This document shows positions 47,530-57,027 of a stretch of 64,000 nt of DNA, piece by piece. The DNA lies in the NCBI GenBank assembly GCA_963700055.1, contig CAVOWH010000004.1, forward strand, positions 141,250 through 205,249. The letters are read 5' to 3'. The translations under genes and the position numbers were made by a program. The notes below the pieces were generated by a model, which worked only from the letters and a program-made list of their open reading frames with translations, was not told the DNA's origin and searched no databases. How positions within the stretch are numbered: position 1 is the first letter of the stretch; each line of letters opens with the position of its first letter. This DNA is from an uncultured delta proteobacterium. Its GTDB lineage: Bacteria; Desulfobacterota; Desulfobacteria; Desulfobacterales; SpSt-501.

Positions 47530-49294
47530 CCTGAATTTTGCACGCAAATCACCGTTATGATCGGCGGGGGAAAATTTTCTTTCAACCCCGCTGATCGTGG
47601 GTGGGGAACCAGCAGCCCCTCAGCCGGGGCTATCGCTGGACATCCAGCAGCCAAAAGTCGTCTTCAACATAATGATTTTGCGTTGCTTTTTGGTCGTGCA
47701 AGAAAATTCTTGCCTACACCGGCAGGGCAAAACGCTGCGGCCAGCCGCCAGGGGCAATCCAGGGTTTTGTTTGGCCGCGTCGGTTGTCTAAAAAACGGAG
47801 AAAGGAAAGCATCTCCGGGGTTCTGGCATCGTGAACCGAGTACTTGATTTTGTCTCGATTGCCGTCTTGGACCACCTTGGCGGCGATAAACAGTAACTTC
47901 AGCCGGGCAATGCGAACGGTGTTGGCCACGATGCCCTTCATGACGCTGACCTTTCCCGAGGCGGCCGACACACTTTTCTGGGCCAGCATCTTCATGTAAC
48001 GCCAGATGTTGTAGGCCAGCATCACGATCTGGAAAAAGGCGTAGTTGCTTTTAAACTTGACCGAGGGGATCATGTCCAGGCCCTCGCGCTTGGCTTCGCC
48101 CACCAGGTTTTCGACATCGGCGCGCTGGTCGTATTCGACAATGATGTGGTGGGCAGCGCCGGCCATGTTCGTGCAGAAGATCCGATAGGTGTATTGGTCA
48201 TCTTCGAACAGCACGCACTGCTGGGGTTGCGTCGATGGCGGTTTGTGCTCCTTTGCAATGCGCATGGCCACAAAACGGCAGGCGTGCTACCAACCGCCTG
48301 GCCGATAAAAGCAGCTATTGAATTCAACCGCCTTTCGCTTCCAGGGGCGATACCAACTGCCGGGATCAAAGACCGGGGTACATCCGCGATTGGCAATGAT
48401 AAAATCAAAACCGGCCGCCAGCGCAGCCCGGACGCTTTCCCAGGATAGGAATTCGCCGTCGGCCCGAAGCAGCACCTCCCGAACGCAACCGGGCAGGTGG
48501 TTTTGGATATCGGCAATAAAGGCAGCGGCTTCTTGGCCGGAAACGGTGACGCCCTTTCGCAGCTTGCCGACCAGATACTCACGGGTTTCTTCGATAAAAC
48601 CCAATAGCGGTCGCAGCCCAAGCTTGCCCCGGTGCTGGGTGTTGTGGCCCTTGCGGGCGCCCTGCTGGTTGCCAAAAACCGTCTTGACGGTGGTGTCGAT
48701 GTTGATTCGGATCCGGGCATATTGCAAACCGCACAATTGCCAGACCCGCTCGCGCAGCATATCGGCGAGCTTCAAGACCGATGTGGCCTGATTGATTCCC
48801 AGGCTGTCCAGGTAACGCCAATAGGTGCTGGCCGCCGGAAGCCGGCTGACTCTGAAAAAGCCGCAGAGCATCGCGTCCAAGCGAACGTATACGAAATGCC
48901 AGATCCGGTTGAACCCGATAAACAGTAGCATCAAAATGCCTGCCATCATCGAATAGTGGCCCCGCTTGGGCTGCCGGCAGGGCGGCTGGTAAGCAAAGTG
49001 AAAAATTTCCCGAAAACCGACCAGATCGAAAAATTTAATCAGCGCCAACAGCCCGCCAAATGGGCTCAATTGCTCGCTGCAGGTCTCAAATTCGGTCGAA
49101 GCGTTGATTCTTCTGGCCCTGGCGCGATGGGCACAAGATCCTTTACCACCGCGGCGTTTCCTGCTACTCTTTTTACGTTGTTTTACCATCTGGGTACCTC
49201 CTGTTATAGCTGTTTAGGTTTAGGCAAACCGTTGCTATGACAGGATCCCAGATGGTATTTTATTTTTCAACCCTTATGGCGTGCAAAATTCAGG
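47530..49294 (-). mobile_element. IS1380-family insertion sequence, 1765 bp
   Basis: Perfect 16-bp TIR CCTGAATTTTGCACGC (47530-47545) / GCGTGCAAAATTCAGG (49279-49294); 5-bp TSD TATTA (47525-47529, 49295-49299). Confidence 0.95.
47714..49189 (-). pseudogene. IS1380 transposase interrupted by an in-frame TAG (48287-48289)
   Basis: IDTT, LRADGEF and YDQRADVENLVGEAK motifs; the two ORF-track pieces are in the same frame (RPGGW*HACRFVAM). Confidence 0.9.
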
Positions 49295-50372
49295 TATTAT
49301 ACCATTTTTGCAAAACCCAAGAAATAGCAATAATTAGAGGCAAACAAATTGCTGCCAAGTAAAATAGTTGCCATATTCCTGATTGAGGAAAATACAAATT
49401 TTTCAATACCTCATAAATAGGTCGATGCGAAAGATACACAAAGAGGCTAGCATATCCAATATGCCCCATAATATTAAAACGCTCTATCTTTCTTTCTTTT
49501 CTCAAAACAATCAAAAAACAAAGCAGAGGACCAAACACGATAAGCGGTATATAGAGAAACTCTGTTACATTATCAATAAATGTGACCATTATAGAAACTG
49601 TCAAGAAAAGCGTGACAACGCTTAACCGTAGATTGTCTATTAATTCCTTATTCACAGCTAATAGAACACCAACTGCGTATGTTGGAAAAAATAAAATAAG
49701 TCTTTCATTTAAGATATTGAAAAAATGATTGAATATAAAAGCAGATCCAAATAAGAGGACGCAAAATAAAAAAGATTTTACCATATTTTTAGATATGTTG
49801 ATTAACAGCGGTGTAATCAAATAAAAAATAATAATCATTGCGACAAACCATAATGTATTCGCTGCTGGGGGAAAAACCATGGATATGAGAGTTGCGGTCT
49901 TAAATAACTTTTTTCCGCTCCCGATATTTAGTATGTAGAAAATAATAGAAAAGAAAATGAATGGTGGATAGATCCGCAACAATCTTTTCGAATAGAAAAG
50001 TACAAGACCCTTTTTTAAGTCATTATTAGCCTTTGTTCCTATTAAGTATCCTGATATCAACACAAACAAGCCGAGTGCAACCATAACAAGTCGGTTTGTA
50101 ACCACATTTTGGTATTGAGGAAATGCTTTTGTATAATTAAGCAAATGCCAATATCCAGCAATATAAAGGATGCTTATGCCTTTTAGAAAGTCGATAGCAA
50201 AACTTCTTTTTTCCAAATTAACTCCTATTATGTAACGGTTCTGGGCTATAGAAAAATTTTGATAAAAAATATTGCCATTCGGCTCGATCATGGGAATAAA
50301 CCAAATTATAAGATAACGTTGTTTGGAACTAAAGTGCTCAATTTTACCAAAACTGCCACAACTCCATCTCAA
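49290..50372 (-). CDS. Acyltransferase-3 family membrane protein, C-terminus clipped by IS1380
   Basis: IDFLKGISIL...WH, GLFVLISGY, KRLLRIYP, NTLWFV and YLSH; very AT-rich. Start uncertain (about 50290 or later). The stop codon is supplied by the IS TIR. Confidence 0.85.
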   Translation of the reverse strand: MRWSCGSFGKIEHFSSKQRYLIIWFIPMIEPNGNIFYQNFSIAQNRYIIGVNLEKRSFAIDFLKGISILYIAGYWHLLNYTKAFPQYQNVVTNRLVMVALGLFVLISGYLIGTKANNDLKKGLVLFYSKRLLRIYPPFIFFSIIFYILNIGSGKKLFKTATLISMVFPPAANTLWFVAMIIIFYLITPLLINISKNMVKSFLFCVLLFGSAFIFNHFFNILNERLILFFPTYAVGVLLAVNKELIDNLRLSVVTLFLTVSIMVTFIDNVTEFLYIPLIVFGPLLCFLIVLRKERKIERFNIMGHIGYASLFVYLSHRPIYEVLKNLYFPQSGIWQLFYLAAICLPLIIAISWVLQKWYNT

Positions 50373-50649
50373 TCAACAGGCAAATAGACTATTGTCCGTA
50401 AAATATTCCGAGCTGAAGGATGAAAGTATCACAATTTAACCGAAACTCCTGATACGTCGGATGAAAACAAAAAGCTGCACATGTCATAGATCTATTTACA
50501 ATATCAAAGCCTAAACTCAACCCACAGCGTATTAATGATTTGAAATCCGGCAAAAGATGGAATTTTAGTTAAACCCTTTCCGGTATAGACATGCGGGAAA
50601 AAATAATCATTTTGGCAATAGCCCGTCATGATATTACACCATTGATATA

Positions 50650-51141
50650 TTAGTCCAGATCCAGCTTCGTTTTGCACTGGTTGCATTGTACGGCGCCCCG
50701 GAAGACTTTATTGGCGCATTCCGGGCAAATATAGCGCGCTTCCTCGTCTCGAATCCATTTTTCGGTACCGAATTTTCTTCTATATGGCACCGCACGCAGA
50801 ATTACCTTTTTACCGACCGCCATCGAAAAATTTTCGATATGCTGGCAGGGGAATTCGTCGCACTGGTGGCATCCTTCATATCCCTTCTTTCTCGTGCAGT
50901 CTCTGATCTCACACTGGTTGCAATGCATGAACAGATCGTCCGACAGGCACCCGTTGCATCGTATGTCGTCCGCTGAGAGATTTTCGCTATTGGGAAGCGT
51001 ACCCTTGCCGGGCACTCCTCCCTTGTAAAGGTTTGCCAACCGCTCCTTGAATTTTTGATTGTTATCGCCGTGGGCGATGTAAATAGCGCAAACTCCGCAA
51101 TAAAGACCGCAGGGCGAAGCAAAATCAGGGTTTATTTTCAT
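50650..51141 (-). CDS. DUF3795 Cys-rich protein
   Basis: SPCGLYCGVC, RCNGC, CEIRDC, GCHQCDEFPC and CPEC...CNQC. Confidence 0.9.
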   Translation of the reverse strand: MKINPDFASPCGLYCGVCAIYIAHGDNNQKFKERLANLYKGGVPGKGTLPNSENLSADDIRCNGCLSDDLFMHCNQCEIRDCTRKKGYEGCHQCDEFPCQHIENFSMAVGKKVILRAVPYRRKFGTEKWIRDEEARYICPECANKVFRGAVQCNQCKTKLDLD

Positions 51142-51231
51142 GATTCGGATCCCTATGACATGTCAGCGGAACCTTTTACAGGCCCATCAATATCGGAGGT
51201 GGCATTATTTGGCAAGGACAGGGCCGCGCGT

Positions 51232-51603
51232 TCAGGACCGCGGCCTGATATGCTCAACCCTGATTCCCCGGCCCTGCAACCGTCGCGCAATCTCGATCTT
51301 TCGGTGGCACTTGTCCGGATCGGCCTCCATGCACATGATGCAAACGGTACGGTCGCGGCTGAAATCGGCCAGCCACTTGATGGCCTCGTCCTCGATGGGT
51401 GCGAAGCCGCCCAGGATGTCTCCCTCCCACAAATAGCTGATACCGGCCTCAGGGAGCCAGCTCTGCATGGCTTTGCGGTTGAAGACGGGGATCCGGCCAT
51501 AAGGGCGCGTGCGCACATCGACTAGGACCTCAACTCGGTGAGCCTTTAGGATTTCGGTCAATGTTGTTTGGTTCAGTTTCTGGTAGCCGATGCTGTAGAT
51601 CAC
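51232..51603 (-). CDS. DUF488-family protein
   Basis: IYSIGY, LVDVRTRP, LGG and CMEADPDKCHR. Confidence 0.88.
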   Translation of the reverse strand: MIYSIGYQKLNQTTLTEILKAHRVEVLVDVRTRPYGRIPVFNRKAMQSWLPEAGISYLWEGDILGGFAPIEDEAIKWLADFSRDRTVCIMCMEADPDKCHRKIEIARRLQGRGIRVEHIRPRS

Positions 51604-51671
51604 GCCGGATCCTTTCCCGCATCTTGGCCGGCCGTTCAGGTTTGGAGCAGATTATCTTTTATTTTACGCTG

Positions 51672-51833
51672 CTCTCCACGATCCGGTCAACCCGCTGGAT
51701 GACGGGGTCAGGTAAAGAGCGATGACCACTAGAGCGGGTTCACAGTTCGGCTGGGTGAGAGGAGGCACTTTGGGATCTCTGCCAGGCGGATACGGGTTAG
51801 GGAAAAAGCGGTCGAACTTCATGCGGTGCTTTT
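51672..51833. ncRNA. Unidentified structured intergenic element (candidate ncRNA or leader)
   Basis: Nested stems CTCTC/GAGAG, AACCCGCT/AGCGGGTT and GGTCA/TGACC, plus GGCA/TGCC and AAAAGC/GCTTTT. No family recognised. Confidence 0.35.
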
Positions 51834-51840
51834 GCCTTGC

Positions 51841-51869
51841 TTGACAGGCCTGCAGGCATCTCCTATAGT
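51841..51869 (+). promoter_or_regulatory. Sigma70 promoter of glyA
   Basis: TTGACA-N17-TATAGT, about 30 nt before the ATG. Confidence 0.8.
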
Positions 51870-51900
51870 CCCAGCCCCAAACGAAAAGGATGCTTTGACG

Positions 51901-53187
51901 ATGTATGCCAAGAAAATCTCCGAAATTGAAAATTTGATCCAAAGGCAGGACGAGTGGCGCTGCCAGTGCGTCAACCTCATCGCCAGCGAAAACGTCATGA
52001 GCCAGCGGGCCCGGGCCGCCGGGTGCTCGGATTTCGCCCACCGCTATGCCGAGGGCCATCCCGGGGAGCGCTACTACCGGGGGACCTCCTATATCGATGA
52101 AATCGAAAGCCAGCTCAAGACCAACCTGAAGATCATCTTCGAGTGCGATCACTGCGAGGTGCGGCCGATCAGCGGGACCAACGCCAACGAGGCCGTGTTC
52201 AGCCGGTTCGTCGGACCGGGTGACGTGGTCATGGTCAATTCCACCCCGGGCGGCGGGCACATCAGCCACCACCGCCGGGGAGCTCTGGGCAAGTTCACCC
52301 ACAACATCATCGACTTTCCCATGACCGCGGACGGCTACCACATCGACGTCGAGAAGGCGGCCTACCTCATCGAAAAAACCAGGCCGAAGCTGATCGTGGT
52401 CGGCAAGAGCCTTTTTCTTTTTCCGGAGCCCGTGGCCGAGCTGGCCGAGGTCTGCCGCCACAGCAAGACCCTGATCATGTACGATGCCGCCCACGTCCTG
52501 GGCCTGATATCCGGCAAACGTTTTCAGAGCCCTCTCAAGGAGGGCGCCTGGCTGATGACGGCCAGCACCCATAAGACCTTCTTCGGAAGCCAGCGCGGGG
52601 TCGTCCTGAGCAACATGGAGGAAGAGCCCTGGCGCAAGATCGACCGCGGAGCTTTTCCAGGGTCCTCAAGCAACCACCACCTCGACACACTGGCCCAGAT
52701 GGCCATCTGCACCTACGAGATGATGGATTTCGGTGAGACCTATGCGGGAAACACGATCGGCAACGCCAAGACCCTGGCGGCAGCCCTGGACCGCTTGGGC
52801 TTCCACGTGCAGGCCAAGGAATTCGGCTACACCGAAAGCCACCAGGTGGCCGTGAACGTCAAAGCCAACGGCGGCGGGGAGAAAGTGTCCCGGACACTGG
52901 AAGCCAACGACATCATCCTCAACATGAATATGCTGCCCCACGAGCCGCTCAGCAACCACGACCGGCCGGACGGCATCCGCATCGGGGTGCAGGAGATGAC
53001 GCGCTTCGGGATGGGCGAGCAGGAGATGGGCCAAATCGCCGAGCTCATTCACGCCTGCATCGTCGGCAAGAAGGACGTGAAGGAAGAGGTGAACCGGTTC
53101 CGGGCCCAGTTCCGCGAGGTCCGCTACAGCTATGACAATTTCGGGGAGCGCAAAGCCGAGCCGTTGAAACTCTTGAAATCCGCTTAG
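51901..53187 (+). CDS. glyA: Serine hydroxymethyltransferase (archaeal-like clade)
   Basis: NLIASEN, YAEG, GGHISH, YDAAHVLGL, STHKT PLP-lysine motif, ESHQV and GIRIG. Confidence 0.93.
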   Translation: MYAKKISEIENLIQRQDEWRCQCVNLIASENVMSQRARAAGCSDFAHRYAEGHPGERYYRGTSYIDEIESQLKTNLKIIFECDHCEVRPISGTNANEAVFSRFVGPGDVVMVNSTPGGGHISHHRRGALGKFTHNIIDFPMTADGYHIDVEKAAYLIEKTRPKLIVVGKSLFLFPEPVAELAEVCRHSKTLIMYDAAHVLGLISGKRFQSPLKEGAWLMTASTHKTFFGSQRGVVLSNMEEEPWRKIDRGAFPGSSSNHHLDTLAQMAICTYEMMDFGETYAGNTIGNAKTLAAALDRLGFHVQAKEFGYTESHQVAVNVKANGGGEKVSRTLEANDIILNMNMLPHEPLSNHDRPDGIRIGVQEMTRFGMGEQEMGQIAELIHACIVGKKDVKEEVNRFRAQFREVRYSYDNFGERKAEPLKLLKSA

Positions 53188-53210
53188 GACTTTTCTCTCC
53201 GGACGGCCCC

Positions 53211-54144
53211 GTGAACGACACGCCATCGCCCGATCAGAAGCTTTCTCTTTTCGCGGCCGCCTTGGCCGCTTCCTTGTGCGTGCTGTGGGGGGCCAACACC
53301 GTCGCGATCAAATTCAGCCTGTCGGGCTTGGGCCCCTTCACCTCGGCGGCCGTCCGGTTCGGGATTTCGGCCGGGTTCCTTTGGGGCTGGGCGAGGGTCT
53401 CCGGCCAGAGCTTGCGGCCGGCTCGGGGGCAGTTGCGGCCGTTGCTGATCAATTCGCTCCTGTTCTTCGTGCAACTAGGCTCTGGTCTACGTCGGCTTCA
53501 CAATGACCAGCGCCTCCCGCGGCGCCCTACTCACCAACCTGCAGCCTTTTTTTCTTCTCTTCTTGGCGCATTTCTACCTGGCCGGCGACCGCATCAACCT
53601 GCTGAAATTAATCGGTCTGATCCTTGGGTTTGCGGGCGCCGCCTGTGTGTTGCTCGACCGGCAGGGCATCGGCGGCCATCTCATGGCGGGCGACCTGCTG
53701 CTGCTCGTCGCCACCTTATTCTGGGCCTGCGGCGCCGCTTACACCAAGCATTTGGTCCGAAGCAGCTCGTCGATTCAGATCGTGTTTTATCAGCTCCTGT
53801 TTTCAATTCCGCTGTTCGCCCTGGGTGCCCCGCTGTGGGACTCGCCCATGATCTCCCGGATCGACTTGGGGATTGCGGCCGTCATCGCATTTCAGGTGGT
53901 GCTCACGACGACCTTTGCGTTCATGGCCTGGACCCGGCTGATGCAAACCTATGGCGCGGTGGCGCTGCATTCGTTTGTTTTTCTTATTCCGGTGTCCGGT
54001 GTATTTCTGGCGGGCATCTTTCTGGACGAACCGATTACGGGGATGATCCTGCTGGCGCTGGTTCTCATCACGGCGGGGATCCTGGCGGTTCAGTTCGGGC
54101 ATCGGCGCGATATGACGGCGATTCTGCGTCGGCCGAGCGGCTGA
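53211..54144 (+). pseudogene. DMT/EamA transporter with a +1 frameshift near 53481
   Basis: Removing one base from GGCTCTGGTC restores ...FVQLGLVYVGFTMTSASRGALL and joins the two ORF pieces. Confidence 0.8.
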
Positions 54145-54147
54145 TAA

Positions 54148-55029
54148 ATGAAGGCATCCACCTTCAATTCCGATAGCCTGCTCCTAATCACCGCCGCCAT
54201 TTGGGGCTTCGCGTTCGTGGCCCAACGCGTGGGAATGGATCATGTGGGGCCCTTCACCTACAACGGGGTGCGATTTGCCTTGGGCTGTCTATCCCTCGTG
54301 CCGCTGCTGATCACGGGGAAAGCCGCTTCCGGGCCCCTAACGGTTGCTGCCGGTTCGCGGCTGTTCATTCTGGGCGGCGGGGCTCTCGGGGTTGTCTTGT
54401 ATGCCGCCGCCTCCCTGCAGCAGGCTGCGCTTCTGTATACCACCGCCGGCAAGGCCGGTTTCATCACCGGGCTGTACGTGGTCATCGTTCCGTTCTTGGG
54501 CTTGTTCTGGAAGCAGAAGCCGAACCCGGGGACCTTCGCGGGAGCGGCGCTGGCCGCCGCGGGGCTCTACCTCCTCTCCGTAACCGGGTCTTTCGAGATG
54601 GAGTTCGGGGATTTTCTGGTGCTGCTCAGCGCCTTTTTCTGGAGCGCCCAGGTACTGATGGTCGCATGGCTGTCACCGCGGGTCAATCCGGTGCAGCTGG
54701 CATTTTACCAGTTTGCGGTGTGTTCGGTCCTTTGCCTCGCTACCGCCTTTTGCTTCGAGACCGTCGCCTGGAGCCGCATTTACGCGGCCGCTATACCGAT
54801 TTTGTACGGCGGGGTGCTATCGGTGGGGATCGCCTATACCTTGCAGGTGGTGGCCCAGCGGGAAGCCCAGCCGGCGCATGCCTCCATCCTCATGAGCCTC
54901 GAGGCCGTGTTCGCTGCGCTGGGCGGCTGGATGATCTTGGGGGAGACCCTCAACGCGCGCGGCTTGATGGGGTGCGCCCTGATGTTGGGAGGGATGATTC
55001 TTTCTCGGCTGTGGGCGTTGAAGAAATGA
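54148..55029 (+). CDS. DMT/EamA-family transporter
   Basis: AAIWGFAFVAQR, KAGFITGLY, AYTLQVVAQ and SLEAVF. Confidence 0.93.
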   Translation: MKASTFNSDSLLLITAAIWGFAFVAQRVGMDHVGPFTYNGVRFALGCLSLVPLLITGKAASGPLTVAAGSRLFILGGGALGVVLYAAASLQQAALLYTTAGKAGFITGLYVVIVPFLGLFWKQKPNPGTFAGAALAAAGLYLLSVTGSFEMEFGDFLVLLSAFFWSAQVLMVAWLSPRVNPVQLAFYQFAVCSVLCLATAFCFETVAWSRIYAAAIPILYGGVLSVGIAYTLQVVAQREAQPAHASILMSLEAVFAALGGWMILGETLNARGLMGCALMLGGMILSRLWALKK

Positions 55030-55730
55030 TGACTACCCGCAACATCGACCCCAAAGAACTGGCTAAATTCGAAGCATTGGCGCCGATCTGGTGGGACCGC
55101 AACGGTGCTTTCAAGGCCCTGCACGACATCAACGGCCTGCGGGTCGGTTACATCGACGGCCGTGCGCCGCTATCCGGCAAAAAAGTGCTGGATGTCGGCT
55201 GCGGGGGCGGGATTCTCTCGGAGGCCATGGCGGCCCTGGGCGCAGAGGTGACCGGGATCGACGCCGGCGAGGCTCCGCTGGCGGTCGCGAAACTCCACCT
55301 GAAGGAATCAAGGCTGCATGCGGATTACCGCCTGGCGACGGCGGAGTCTTTTGCGGAAGAGGCTTCCGGGCATTTCGACGTGGTCGCCTGCATGGAGTTG
55401 CTGGAACATGTGCCGGATCCGCGTTCGATTGTGGTTGCCTGCACCCGACTGGTCAAACCCGGCGGAGATGTCTTCTTCGCCACCCTCAACCGCAATCCGA
55501 AGTCGTTTCTATTTGCCATCATCGGCGCGGAGATCGTTCTGCGGCTCGTGAAAAAGGGCACCCATGCCTACCGTCGGTTCATCAAGCCCTCCGAATTGAA
55601 AGCATGGGCAAACGACTGCGGCCTTGGGTTTCAAGACCTCACGGGCTTGCATTACAACCCCTTCACCCGGAACTACACTCTCGGCGGCAACACCCAGGTG
55701 AACTATCTCATGCATTTCCGGAAGGATTGA
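55026..55730 (+). CDS. ubiG: UbiG-like O-methyltransferase
   Basis: NIDPKELAKF...WWD...FKALHDINGLR, LDVGCGGGILSE, ELLEHVP and GTHxYxxFIKPSEL. Confidence 0.88.
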   Translation: MMTTRNIDPKELAKFEALAPIWWDRNGAFKALHDINGLRVGYIDGRAPLSGKKVLDVGCGGGILSEAMAALGAEVTGIDAGEAPLAVAKLHLKESRLHADYRLATAESFAEEASGHFDVVACMELLEHVPDPRSIVVACTRLVKPGGDVFFATLNRNPKSFLFAIIGAEIVLRLVKKGTHAYRRFIKPSELKAWANDCGLGFQDLTGLHYNPFTRNYTLGGNTQVNYLMHFRKD

Positions 55731-55803
55731 CGCGGCTGGAGCAAATCAAATATCATCTTCAGATAGACGGTAACGCTGACCGTGACAACTCGGGGGCGAT
55801 GGG

Positions 55804-56949
55804 GTGCATGACATGAGCCAAAAAAACTTCAACAAGGCCTTTGTGGTCTTGTTGCTGCTGTTCATCACCGCTGTGTTTATGGCGATGATTTGGCCGTTCT
55901 TGATGACGATCGTCATGGCCGGAATATTCTCGGCACTCACCCGCCCGATGTACCGCGGGCTGAAGCGCGGGTTGGGCGGCCGCAGCAGCCCGGCGGCCGC
56001 GCTTTCCCTGGTGGTGATCGTTTTCGGTGTCCTGCTGCCCCTGGCGGCCCTGCTGGGAGCCGTGACCGCCGAGGGCATCAAAGTCAGCCAGGCCGTGAAA
56101 CCCTGGATTCAAAAGCAACTCGCTGAACCCGCCGAGTTTTCGGAGCTGCTGAAGAGAATTCCCTTCTACGACTACATCCTGCCTTACAAAGAAACCATTT
56201 TTTTGAAGGCCGGCGAAATGGTCGGCCGCCTCAGCAGCTTTCTCATCAACAGCCTGTCCTCGGTAACCGTGATGACGGCCCAGTTCATTTTTTTGCTGTT
56301 CATTTTCCTTTACACCATGTTCTTTTTTCTGGTGGACGGGCGACGGATTCTGAGCGGGATTCTGCACTATCTTCCGCTGAAGCCCGAAGACCAGGAGCGC
56401 ATGCTGGAAAAGTTCACCTCGGTGACGCGCGCCACCTTGAAGGGGATTGCGGTGATCGGCATGGTTCAGGGGTCGCTGGTTGGGGCGGCCTTTGCATCCG
56501 TCGGGTTCCCGAGTGCTATTTTCTGGGGAACGGTGGCCGCCGTTATGTCGATGGTGCCGGGGATCGGTACGGCGATCGTTTGGCTACCCGGGGTTATCAT
56601 CCTATTCATGGGCGGGCATTATGGCACGGCGATCGGGCTGCTGGCGTTCTGCATCCTGGTGGTGGGAGGGATCGACAATTTCCTACGGCCAAGGCTGGTG
56701 GGAAAGGATACCAGCATGCACGAGCTGTTGATCCTCTTCGGGACCCTGGGCGGGATCATCATGTTCGGCGTGGTGGGAATCATCATCGGGCCGATCGTGG
56801 CGGCATTGGTGGTGACCGTGTGGGAGATTTACGGGGTGACGTTTCAAGATGAATTGCCGAAAGGGTCCGAACCGGCATCCGGCGATCCGGAACGGAAAGA
56901 TTCCAGAATACTGCTGGCGGCAGACGATTCCGAAACAAAGAAAGGCTAA
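55804..56949 (+). CDS. AI-2E family transporter
   Basis: Multi-TM protein with GIDNFLRPRLVG and TLGGIIMFGVVGIIIGP. Confidence 0.92.
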   Translation: MHDMSQKNFNKAFVVLLLLFITAVFMAMIWPFLMTIVMAGIFSALTRPMYRGLKRGLGGRSSPAAALSLVVIVFGVLLPLAALLGAVTAEGIKVSQAVKPWIQKQLAEPAEFSELLKRIPFYDYILPYKETIFLKAGEMVGRLSSFLINSLSSVTVMTAQFIFLLFIFLYTMFFFLVDGRRILSGILHYLPLKPEDQERMLEKFTSVTRATLKGIAVIGMVQGSLVGAAFASVGFPSAIFWGTVAAVMSMVPGIGTAIVWLPGVIILFMGGHYGTAIGLLAFCILVVGGIDNFLRPRLVGKDTSMHELLILFGTLGGIIMFGVVGIIIGPIVAALVVTVWEIYGVTFQDELPKGSEPASGDPERKDSRILLAADDSETKKG

Positions 56950-57027
56950 AGCCTGCCGCCGTTCCATGTGGCGGATTGAAGGCTGATGGGACGACGGGCA
57001 CCTCCGCCCGGTGGTCGAATCGGGAGG

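Noticed and set aside
50400-50686. 60-aa minus-strand ORF upstream of the acyltransferase
   Set aside because: It overlaps the DUF3795 stop and has no RBS or recognisable motif.
54201-55025. 509-aa ubiG fusion in the ORF track
   Set aside because: The upstream part is an off-frame reading of the DMT gene; UbiG homology starts at 55026.
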